Assembly (NCBI GenBank): GCA_046153645.1 | Contig: JBJXGI010000056.1 | Location: forward strand, 16,687-80,686 | From: Elusimicrobiota bacterium | Lineage (GTDB): Bacteria; Elusimicrobiota; Elusimicrobia; F11 | Length of the DNA: 64,000 nucleotides | Reading direction: 5' to 3' | Shown: positions 10,312 through 19,500 of the stretch, piece after piece | Layout of the letters: each line of letters starts with the position of its first letter | Numbering within the stretch: the stretch's first letter is position 1 | Position numbers and translations under genes: made by a program | Notes under the pieces: model-generated | The model's database searches: none | What the model was told of the DNA's origin: nothing | What the model saw: the letters and a program-made list of their open reading frames with translations, nothing else

Positions 10312-11407
10312 AAAACTGTCATTTATTATTATCGCAGGTGGAACGGGGGGGCATTTTTATCCGGGTTTAAGTATCGCCAAAGAATTAAAAAAGAGAGGGC
10401 ACGACGTTCGATTTATTGTCAGAAAAAATGATTTTGTTTTACCGATATTAAAACGCGAACAATTTTTATTTGATGAAATTGAAGCATCCGGTTTTGTTAG
10501 AAAATTAACCATTAAAAATTTTCTTGTTTTTTCAAAGATCATTTCTGGGTTTCGGTCTGCAAAAACCATTCTAAAAGAACATAAGCCTTCCTGCGTTATT
10601 GCGATGGGGGGGTATCTTTCTTTTTCTCCTGTCTTGTGTGCCAAATGGTTGAAGATTCCAGTTCTATTGCATGAACAAAATGTTTTTCCTGGTCTTGCCA
10701 ATCGTTGGTTAGCCAAACTTTCTGATAAAGTTGCATTGGGGTTTATAGAGAGCCAATCTTTTTTCCCTTCCAAAAGTGTTTTTACTGGAAATCCAGTAAG
10801 AGAAGAATTTTTTCAATTATTGCCACCAGAAGTGGCCAGGAAAAAGTGGAATTTGGATCCGCTAAAAAAAACATTACTTGTTTTTGGTGGTAGCTTGGGC
10901 GCCCATAAACTAAATGAGCTTATTTTAAAAGCATTGAGTGAAATGGATCTCACAAATAATCCTCTGCAAGTAGTGCACTTTTCGGGTGTTCAAGATGAAG
11001 ATTGGGTTAAAAAAGAATATTCTAAGCTTCCTATTAAATCCTTTGTTCAGTCTTTTTGTCATGAGATGGCGGTGGCTTTTTCGGCGAGTGATTTTATTGT
11101 CTGTCGAGCTGGGGCCAGTACTGTTACCGAATTAATAGCGCTTAAGAAACCGTCTTTATTGGTACCGTATCCATTTGCAACGAATGATCATCAGAGTTTT
11201 AATGCCAAAGTTATTTTTGATAAAGGCGCGGGCGTTGTCATTCGTGAGAGTTCTTTGAGTAAAGATAAATTAAAAGAAATCTTGAATGATTTTCTTTTTA
11301 AGGAAAATTTTCTTTTGGATTTGAAAAGTGGTTTCGATCGGTTTTCTACAGATCCACTAAAAGCGCACTTATTAGTGGCTGATTTAGTTGAAGAGATGGT
11401 GAAATAG
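10295..11407 (+). CDS. murG: Lipid II GlcNAc transferase
   Basis: AGGTGGH, HEQN, GNPVR, GGSLGA, RAGAST. Confidence 0.96.
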   Translation: MLKPNKKLSFIIIAGGTGGHFYPGLSIAKELKKRGHDVRFIVRKNDFVLPILKREQFLFDEIEASGFVRKLTIKNFLVFSKIISGFRSAKTILKEHKPSCVIAMGGYLSFSPVLCAKWLKIPVLLHEQNVFPGLANRWLAKLSDKVALGFIESQSFFPSKSVFTGNPVREEFFQLLPPEVARKKWNLDPLKKTLLVFGGSLGAHKLNELILKALSEMDLTNNPLQVVHFSGVQDEDWVKKEYSKLPIKSFVQSFCHEMAVAFSASDFIVCRAGASTVTELIALKKPSLLVPYPFATNDHQSFNAKVIFDKGAGVVIRESSLSKDKLKEILNDFLFKENFLLDLKSGFDRFSTDPLKAHLLVADLVEEMVK

Positions 11408-12076
11408 CTATTTAGAAAAATAAGATTTTAAGGCCAGTGATATGGCTTTAACAATCTTGGTTTGATGTTCAGGGTTTTTTATTTTTTTGCTTTCAATTTT
11501 GTTGCTTAAAAATCCTGTTTCAATAATAATGGCTGGCATCTTTGCGTATTCGAGAATGGTGAAATCTTCATTTACGACTTTTCTGTTTTTTGATTTTGTT
11601 TTTTTTACAAGGTTTCCTTGGACAAGATGAGCAAGACTTTCTGATTGAGGGGTGTAATAAAGAGTTGTAACACCACTGACTTTTGGTCTTGGGTCCCAGT
11701 CGCAATGAATAGAAAGAAGGGCGTCCGCATTAAGTTGATTGGCTAAAAAAGCCCTACTTTGATTGTCTTCTACAATACTGTGATTGATTCTCCAGTAGTC
11801 ATACTCGGTTCTAGTGAAGAAAACTTGCGCGCCTTCTTTTTTTAAAAACTCACCTAATTTTTGAGAAATTTCTAAATTAATTTTTCTTTCGATTCCCCTA
11901 TGGTTAACTTTTCCGCTGTTAATAATATTTCCATGTGAGTTGATGGTTCCATGGCCAGCATCTATGACAATAATTTTCCCGCGAAGCGGGGAGGCAAAGA
12001 GGAGGGAAGGAAATAGAAATAAGAAAAAATAGACTGTCCCCTTAATAATCGGGATCATGAGTTGCGTTAGTCGCAT
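11408..12076 (-). CDS. N-acetylmuramoyl-L-alanine amidase (Amidase_3)
   Basis: Signal peptide, IVIDAGHG, ER..NL, SIHCD, IIIETGFLSN. Confidence 0.9.
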   Translation of the reverse strand: MRLTQLMIPIIKGTVYFFLFLFPSLLFASPLRGKIIVIDAGHGTINSHGNIINSGKVNHRGIERKINLEISQKLGEFLKKEGAQVFFTRTEYDYWRINHSIVEDNQSRAFLANQLNADALLSIHCDWDPRPKVSGVTTLYYTPQSESLAHLVQGNLVKKTKSKNRKVVNEDFTILEYAKMPAIIIETGFLSNKIESKKIKNPEHQTKIVKAISLALKSYFSK

Positions 12077-13128
12077 TTGTTCAGTGTATCGATAAGCTGT
12101 CTTAATCTCCCATTATTCATCCGGTTAAATTTAAAAATCAAACGATGAAAATGTTGCAGCTCGGGTTGATTTTCTTCTTCTTTTAACGGTCCGCCTTTGG
12201 TGAATTGACCGTCGGTCAGAATACTCGAAAAGTTTTTATTTATATATTTAAGATCGGAAGCAAGAATTGGTTTTCTAAGTCTAAAAACCAAATTATCGCC
12301 AATATATCTCATGGAGTGGTAGTTTGAATAAAAGTGAACGATTTCGTTGACAGCTTCTTCAGAGGTATCAAATATTTTATAGAGGTTTAAGTCCTCTGGT
12401 GAGATTTTTTTTCCTTTTAGAAGTGATTTTTCAATGAAGGCTTGCATTTCTCTCCAAAAGTGTGTTTTAGGATCATCTACAAATACCAATGGAATGGGGT
12501 CACTTTTACCCGTTTGAACCAGTGTTAGAAGTTCAAAAGCTTCATCTAAGGTTCCAAAACCTCCTGGAAAAAAGGCAGCGGCGCTGGCTTCTTTGATGAA
12601 GACAAGTTTTCTCGTGAAAAAATAGTGGCAATCAATATACGTGGGTTGATCTGCAATAAACTCATTGGGATGTTGCTCAAAAGGGAGTTTAATATTAACG
12701 CCAAAGCTGGCTTTAGGGCCCGCGCCTTCATTGCCTGCTTGCATGATACCAGGGCCTGCTCCTGTGATGATCATATACCCTAGATCAACTAACCTTTTCG
12801 CAAAATCCTTGGTCATTTTGTAACTGGTTTCGTTCTCTTTGGTGCGAGCCGATCCAAAAATGGTCACTTTTCTGGTGTTTCGATATGATTTGAATATTTT
12901 GAAGGCGTAACGAAGCTCACGGAAAGATCGACTGAGTAATTTGAGGTCACCCCTTCCCAGATCAGATTCCACTCCCTTGAGAGCGGTAATGATCATTTCT
13001 TTTACAACGTCCGCATTCTTATAATTGGTTTTATCGGGGTGAATATCACTTATTAACTTTAAAATATCGGTTTGGATGATGGGATCCCATTTGTTGAGAG
13101 AAGGGTTAATCTTTTTGTTTTGGGGCAT
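12067..13128 (-). CDS. LOG family (TIGR00730-type) nucleotide phosphoribohydrolase, long form
   Basis: VTIFGSAR, ITGAGPGIM, YFFTRK, PGGFGTLDE. Confidence 0.9.
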   Translation of the reverse strand: MPQNKKINPSLNKWDPIIQTDILKLISDIHPDKTNYKNADVVKEMIITALKGVESDLGRGDLKLLSRSFRELRYAFKIFKSYRNTRKVTIFGSARTKENETSYKMTKDFAKRLVDLGYMIITGAGPGIMQAGNEGAGPKASFGVNIKLPFEQHPNEFIADQPTYIDCHYFFTRKLVFIKEASAAAFFPGGFGTLDEAFELLTLVQTGKSDPIPLVFVDDPKTHFWREMQAFIEKSLLKGKKISPEDLNLYKIFDTSEEAVNEIVHFYSNYHSMRYIGDNLVFRLRKPILASDLKYINKNFSSILTDGQFTKGGPLKEEENQPELQHFHRLIFKFNRMNNGRLRQLIDTLNKCD

Positions 13129-13163
13129 ATATGATTCCTTTTTATATTTATTATTATCCCTGA

Positions 13164-15161
13164 ATGCCAGAATTTCAAATTGTTTCTGAATTTAAACCTT
13201 CCGGTGATCAGCCATCGGCTATCAAGGAATTAATTTCCGGACTAAAAAATAAAGAAAAACATCAGATCTTATTGGGTGTCACTGGATCTGGGAAAACATT
13301 TACGATGGCAAATGTGATTGCCCAGATAAAGAAACCAACGCTCGTTATTTCACCAAATAAAACCCTGGCTGCCCAGCTTTATGCTGAATTTAAAGCATTT
13401 TTTCCTCATAATGCCGTGGAGTATTTCATCTCTTATTATGATTATTATCAGCCAGAAGCTTATGTTCCTACTTCTGATACCTATATTGAGAAAGACGCTT
13501 CTATCAACCAACACATAGACCGATTACGTTTGAAAGCAACCTCCAGTCTCATGGAGCGCGATGATGTGATTATTGTTTCTAGCGTTTCTTGTATTTATGG
13601 TTTGGGTTCCCCCAATGAGTATAAAGACATGTGTGTCGGGTTGGAAGTGGGAAAAACGATTTCACAAAAAGAAATACTGCAGGAATTGGTAGCCATTCAC
13701 TACCAGAGAAATGAAATTGAGTTTCGTCCAGGTCGCTTTCGTTTAAGGGGAGATACGCTCGAAATTTTTCCCGCTTATTTAGAAACAGCTCTTCGAATTG
13801 AAATGTTTGGAGATGAAATAGAAAAAATTCGGGAAATTAACCCCGTATCGGGAGATGTCATTGCTGATAAGGATCGGACCTATATTTATCCAGCCCGGCA
13901 TTTCGTTACCACTCAAGATACAATTGAAGGCGCTCTTCAGAATATTCGGCTTGAACTTCAAGAGCAGTTGGAGCTTTTTAAATCTAAAGGCAAACTTTTA
14001 GAGGCGCAGCGATTAGAGCAAAGAACCAAATATGACTTAGAAATGCTCAAAGAAGTGGGTTTTTGTAATGGAATTGAAAATTATTCCCGTCAATTATCAA
14101 GTCGAAAAGCTGGCGAGCGCCCCGCTGTTCTATTAGATTATTTTCCTAAAGATTTTTTGCTGGTGGTAGATGAATCGCATGTTACTCTTCCACAGGTTCG
14201 TGGGATGTATGAAGGGGACCGGTCTCGCAAACAAACACTGGTTGATTTTGGGTTTCGCCTGCCTTCGGCACTTGATAATCGCCCGCTTAAATTTGCTGAA
14301 TTTGAATCGATGGTCCCAAGTGCCGTTTACGTTTCGGCTACTCCGGGGCCCTATGAGCTTCAAAAAACCAAGGGTTCTTTTGTTGAACAAGTGATACGTC
14401 CCACAGGTCTTATTGACCCAGAGATAACAATTGTTCCTACCTTGGGACAAATACAAGATTTGATGGTACGTATTGAAGTGGAAATAAAAAAAGGGTTTCG
14501 AGTTTTAGCCACCACCCTAACGAAAAAATCCGCTGAAGATTTAACGCAGTTTTTAAATGATAAAGGGTTTCGAGTTCGTTATATGCATTCTGATATTGAC
14601 GCACTTGAACGAATTGAAATTATTCAAGGTCTTCGAAAAGGAGACTTTGATATTTTAATTGGAATCAATTTACTGAGAGAAGGAATTGATATCCCCGAAG
14701 TTTCATTTGTCGCGGTGTTAGATGCAGATAAAGAAGGTTTTTTAAGATCTGAGACAACTCTCATCCAAGTTTGTGGAAGAGCTGCGCGAAATGTGGAAGG
14801 GAAAGTGGTCATGTATGCAGATAGTATCACTGGTTCCATGGAAAGAGCGATGAAGGAAATGGATCGGCGTCGTAAAAAACAAATGGTCTACAATAAGAAA
14901 AACAATATTACGCCCAAAACAATTGTCAAAGCCATAAAAGATTTAGACGAATTCCAATTTAGAGCCAAAGAACGGGGTCTTTCTAAAATATTTAAAGATG
15001 GAATTGATCTGGCTGACAACGCGCAGATTTCTGAAGTTATTTCTGAAATGGAAAAACATATGAAAGAAGCCGCTCAGGCGCTTGATTTCGAAATGGCCGC
15101 TCTCCTTCGCGACCGAATTCGTGAGTTATCTCAAATGAAAGTAAGAGATAAAATCAAATGA
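13164..15161 (+). CDS. uvrB: Excinuclease ABC subunit B
   Basis: GDQP, GVTGSGKT, YYDYYQPEAY, DESH, INLLREG, C-terminal UVR domain. Confidence 0.99.
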   Translation: MPEFQIVSEFKPSGDQPSAIKELISGLKNKEKHQILLGVTGSGKTFTMANVIAQIKKPTLVISPNKTLAAQLYAEFKAFFPHNAVEYFISYYDYYQPEAYVPTSDTYIEKDASINQHIDRLRLKATSSLMERDDVIIVSSVSCIYGLGSPNEYKDMCVGLEVGKTISQKEILQELVAIHYQRNEIEFRPGRFRLRGDTLEIFPAYLETALRIEMFGDEIEKIREINPVSGDVIADKDRTYIYPARHFVTTQDTIEGALQNIRLELQEQLELFKSKGKLLEAQRLEQRTKYDLEMLKEVGFCNGIENYSRQLSSRKAGERPAVLLDYFPKDFLLVVDESHVTLPQVRGMYEGDRSRKQTLVDFGFRLPSALDNRPLKFAEFESMVPSAVYVSATPGPYELQKTKGSFVEQVIRPTGLIDPEITIVPTLGQIQDLMVRIEVEIKKGFRVLATTLTKKSAEDLTQFLNDKGFRVRYMHSDIDALERIEIIQGLRKGDFDILIGINLLREGIDIPEVSFVAVLDADKEGFLRSETTLIQVCGRAARNVEGKVVMYADSITGSMERAMKEMDRRRKKQMVYNKKNNITPKTIVKAIKDLDEFQFRAKERGLSKIFKDGIDLADNAQISEVISEMEKHMKEAAQALDFEMAALLRDRIRELSQMKVRDKIK

Positions 15162-15170
15162 TAAGACAGT

Positions 15171-16361
15171 TTATAGGGGCGAATTGAGACGATAGTCAAT
15201 GTGTGATAACTTGTGAATATCTTTAAAACTGAGAACCCAAGTGTTGTTTTCTATATAGCTTTCATCCCCACCATAAATAAGGGCGGCTACTTTTGAGTTT
15301 TTATTTAGTTTTCGATAATAATTAATATTGTCGAAATAATCTGAAGAAATTGTTTTCCCTGACTTTACTTCTACAGGTAAAACAGAGTTTCCAAAATCCA
15401 GAAGAACATCAATCTCATGCCCTGCGTTATCTCTCCAAAAATATAAATGTGGTTGTTTCCCTGAGTGAAACCGTTGTTTGAGAAGCTCAGAGACAACAAA
15501 ACTCTCAAAAATGTATCCTTTCAATGCGTGGTTTGATATTTGTTCAGGTGACTCAATATGAACCAAATAACTGACCAAAGCCGAATCCAAGAAATGTATT
15601 TTGGGAGATTTGACTAAACGTTTATTGAGATTATTATGATGCGGCTTAAGTAGATAAACAATATAGCTCGCTTGGAGAACAGACATCCAGTCTTTTATTG
15701 AGTTGTGGTTGACTCCCGCTTGAGTCCCAATTTCAGTCGAATTTAATAGTTGTCCTGTCCGATTTGCTACCAAGCGCAAAAAAATTTCAAATCGAGAAAG
15801 ATCTTTAATTTGAAGAAGAGAACGAACATCTCTTTCAAGGTAGGTGGCGCAGTAAGATGCCATGGCTTCTGTGGGGTTTAATTTTTTATCAAAAATACGT
15901 GGGTAAAAACCCGTGTAAAGCATGTTATCTAACGAAACAGGCTGCGACTTTGGATAGGCTTCAGCTAATGAAAAAGGAAGAAGTGACATGATACTTGTCC
16001 GTCCGGCTAATGATTGACTTACCTGAGAAAGAAGTTCAAATTGAGCGCTTCCGGTTAATATGAATGTTCCTACTTGAGAGGGGTGTTCATCTACATAAGT
16101 TTGAAGAAAAGAAAGAAGTTCGGGTGCGCGTTGAATTTCATCTAAAATAGCCCCCTTTGATATTTTTTCTATAAAACTTTTGGGATCGATTAGGGCTCGT
16201 CGGCGAGTATCTAAATTTTCAAGAGAGAGGTAGGTCTTTTTAGGGAAAAGCTCTTTGCAAATAGTTGTTTTTCCAGACTGTCGAGGGCCCGTGAGCGTAA
16301 CCACGGGGTACTGTTTGAGCCTTTGTTTAATAAGCGGTTCAATAAAACGATATTTAAACAT
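15171..16361 (-). CDS. AAA_14 ATPase with DUF4143 C-terminal domain
   Basis: GPRQSGKTT, LDEIQ, LTGS, KSPK, YFWRD..GHEID, EVKSG. Confidence 0.9.
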   Translation of the reverse strand: MFKYRFIEPLIKQRLKQYPVVTLTGPRQSGKTTICKELFPKKTYLSLENLDTRRRALIDPKSFIEKISKGAILDEIQRAPELLSFLQTYVDEHPSQVGTFILTGSAQFELLSQVSQSLAGRTSIMSLLPFSLAEAYPKSQPVSLDNMLYTGFYPRIFDKKLNPTEAMASYCATYLERDVRSLLQIKDLSRFEIFLRLVANRTGQLLNSTEIGTQAGVNHNSIKDWMSVLQASYIVYLLKPHHNNLNKRLVKSPKIHFLDSALVSYLVHIESPEQISNHALKGYIFESFVVSELLKQRFHSGKQPHLYFWRDNAGHEIDVLLDFGNSVLPVEVKSGKTISSDYFDNINYYRKLNKNSKVAALIYGGDESYIENNTWVLSFKDIHKLSHIDYRLNSPL

Positions 16362-16369
16362 AACGTAAT

Positions 16370-16404
16370 CATACAGATTGTAGTTTAAAATTACAATCTG
16401 TATG
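16370..16404. repeat. 13-bp perfect inverted repeat over the ATPase promoter
   Basis: CATACAGATTGTA (16370-16382) / TACAATCTGTATG (16392-16404). Confidence 0.85.
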
Positions 16405-16452
16405 AATTTTTGGTTAAAAAATTTACAAAAACGTTACAAGATTTTAAGCCCG

Positions 16453-16507
16453 ATCTAATCCTTCCCTGTTAATATGAACAGATAATAAAACAAGGGAAGG
16501 ATTAGAT
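16453..16507. repeat. 15-bp perfect inverted repeat ending immediately before the ATG of the large ORF
   Basis: ATCTAATCCTTCCCT (16453-16467) / AGGGAAGGATTAGAT (16493-16507); right arm contains the SD. Confidence 0.85.
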
Positions 16508-19500
16508 ATGAAAATAATGGCCTCATTTTTAGCATTTGTGATACTTTTTACTCATGTGCTCTTCGCGCACAGTGTGGAAACGAACCTTTGGACAGAACGT
16601 CAAAAAAGTGTGAGGACCCAAGAAGAAGTTAAAAATACACAGTTGGCCAGCCTTCCTGCTCAATTTCATTCATCTTCAAATGTTTTCAATGATCTTCCTT
16701 CAATTTCGAAACCACTTGTTTCAATGGAACGGTTGATGAAAGATGTTCCTGTGGGATCGGAAAATCAATATACCTCGCTCATTCAGTCGTTATTGACTCC
16801 CTATGGGTCCATTCGAAAGACCACTTTTCCAGAAAATCAAAAACAGGCCAAAACAATCATTCATATTCAAGATGTGCATTTAAATGATGAAGCCCAGCAA
16901 AATATTGGGAAAACGCTCCAAAGTTTGATTGACCAAAAAAAGATTGATTTGGTGGCCTTAGAAGGCGCATTTGGTTTTATGGATTTTCCTGCCATTCGCC
17001 GCTTTCCATTCCCTGATTCAACAAAAGCCGTAGCGGATTATTTATATAAAGAAAAAAAGATTTCGGGTGCCGTGTATACGGCCATGACGAGCGTTAATGA
17101 AATTCCTTCCTTTGTTGGTGTTGATGATGTTGTGCATTACAATGCCAATGTTGAGGCCTATAAAACATCTTCCTTATCATATAAGGGGAAAAAGAAACAA
17201 TTGGAAAAAATGGGGCTTAAAATAAATCAACAAAAAAATAAGGTTTTTAACCCTGAATTATCTCGATTTGATAAAGAAGTTCAATCTTACCGACAAGGAA
17301 AGAAAGATTGGGGAAGTTATGTTCAATTTTTAAGTGAGTATCAAAAAGACATCTCAACCGATGTCATGATTTTTCTTGAGGCGCTGAAGCAGGAAGTCTC
17401 CCTTGATTTTTCCAAAGTTGAAAGTGAACGAGTTGAGCTTCTTAATCAACTGGTCTCTACACTATCCAAAAACGAAACCACAGATTTGTTAGGTCATAGT
17501 GCCGCTTATAAAAGTGGACAAATAGGCCATGGCGATTTTTATCAATACTTAAAAGATTTGTGCCATAAAAAAAATGTTCATTTATTAAATTATAAAGCGA
17601 TGGATGCTTACATCCAATATGTTCTTTTGTCTGATGGTATTCAAGTTGACAAAATTTTGAGTGAAGTGGCTTCTATAGAAAAAAGTGTTTATTCTTCTTT
17701 GGCTCAAACTCAAGAAGAAGAAAAAATCATTCAACAAGAATATGCCCTTCATCTGACTCAGAAACTCATTGATTTTTCTTTAACCTCAGAAGAGTGGAAT
17801 GACTATAGTGAGTTAAAAAGAAGCGGAATTAAATTTACTTCTGATAACGAAAGTGAATCTTTTTCTTCATTTGAGAAGTTTTATGAAGAAGCAAAAGCTC
17901 GCGATCAAGTCATGTCTCAAAATCTTATTCAAGAAATGGATCGATTGAGCGCGAAGGTCGCCGTTCTTGTGACAGGAGGGTTTCATTCAAAAGGAATCGA
18001 TCAAGAATTACATAAGCAAGGTTTTACGACGATTACTTTTACACCCAAAATTACCAAAATCGAAGATGACAATGGATCCTCTTATTTGAGTGTGTTTTCC
18101 CAAGAAAAAACCCCTCTAGATAAATTGTTTTCTGGGGAAAAATTATTTGTTACGCCAAAAGTTATGGTTGATGTTCCATTGGCTCAATTGTCACAAGTAT
18201 TGCACCATGAAGCATCAGGAACCCCTTCCGGCCAGGCTTCACGACAAGGAAAATCGACAAAGGTCACGATGGTCTTGGATGGTTTCAGTAAAGCCATTTT
18301 GGGTATCACGGTCACTGTTGGCCTTGGTATTTTTGTAGCAAAGTACATACTCACTTTAAGTGTCCCTGGTTATCTCCAAATTCTTATTGCCGCGGCAGTT
18401 TTATTAGCATTTTGGAATTGGCGCCGCCCTCCACCACAAAGTCAGTCGTTTTCTAAAGGTCGTAGAAACTTTATGCTGTCCGGTTTCGCTCTCGCCCTTT
18501 TTGGTTCAAAAACGAGAGCGCAAGATAAAAAAGCCAATCCCATTCGTTTTGGAGAAGCCAAGCCGGTGGATGCTAAAAGGCAAGCGTATGAGCTTTCGGC
18601 AGCTATAAATAAAGACCGGCTCAAAGATTTTACCGATGCTGAGCATGTGGATATAAAAGTAAAACCTCAGCTTGGCCTTAAAGATATTCGTGGGCTCATG
18701 GTTGAATTTTTAGGAGAAAATAACAAAGTTGTTTTTAGTGGGACAGTTCATAAGGTACAAGAAAAATGGCTGTTGTATGACGGCAAAGAAAAGTTAATAG
18801 AAGGCATTGATATTGAAGTGGTCGAAGAAAAAGATGGCAATATTCATTTCTTCTTTTCTCAATCAAAGATAAACCCGAACAAAGAAGAAGTGAGCAAAGT
18901 CAAAATAAATATCGGTTGGAGGGTGGGAGACATTCAAATTGGATTAAAAACTTTTACGGGAACTGCGGTAATGTCATTTTTATCCAATGAAGAGTTAGAA
19001 ACGTTCAAGAAAACTCTCCCTAAGTCTCTTGTTAGAGAAAAAATCGGCCCTTTTGGGTTGGACACTGTTTATGGCGGTGGAGCTGAAACTTATTTTGGCC
19101 GTTATGCACTGATTCCAGAGAAAGATATAAAAAATATCTTAAATAAAAATTTGGATGGGAACATTTTTATTTCTATGGAATTTGACGATATTACGAAATT
19201 AAATGGTTTTGGCTTTGAAATAAAAACCAATTTGCCTGGCAACAAAGATATCCCCGTTTATAAAGCCAAAGTTTTGCGGGATACCAAAACAGGTTTTTTT
19301 CAAGGAGAACCTGCGGCGGGAGTTGAAATTCAAGTGATTGGAAACCGCATGATATTAAAAATTCCAACAAAGATTTTTAATGCGGGTCCCAATGCTCGAG
19401 CTGACTCTTTTCATATCCAAACGGGCATTCAGCAAGACAATGTCAGACTTAACAGAGAGAACGTTATTCCAAAAGAAATAACGTTGGAGACTTATGTTGA

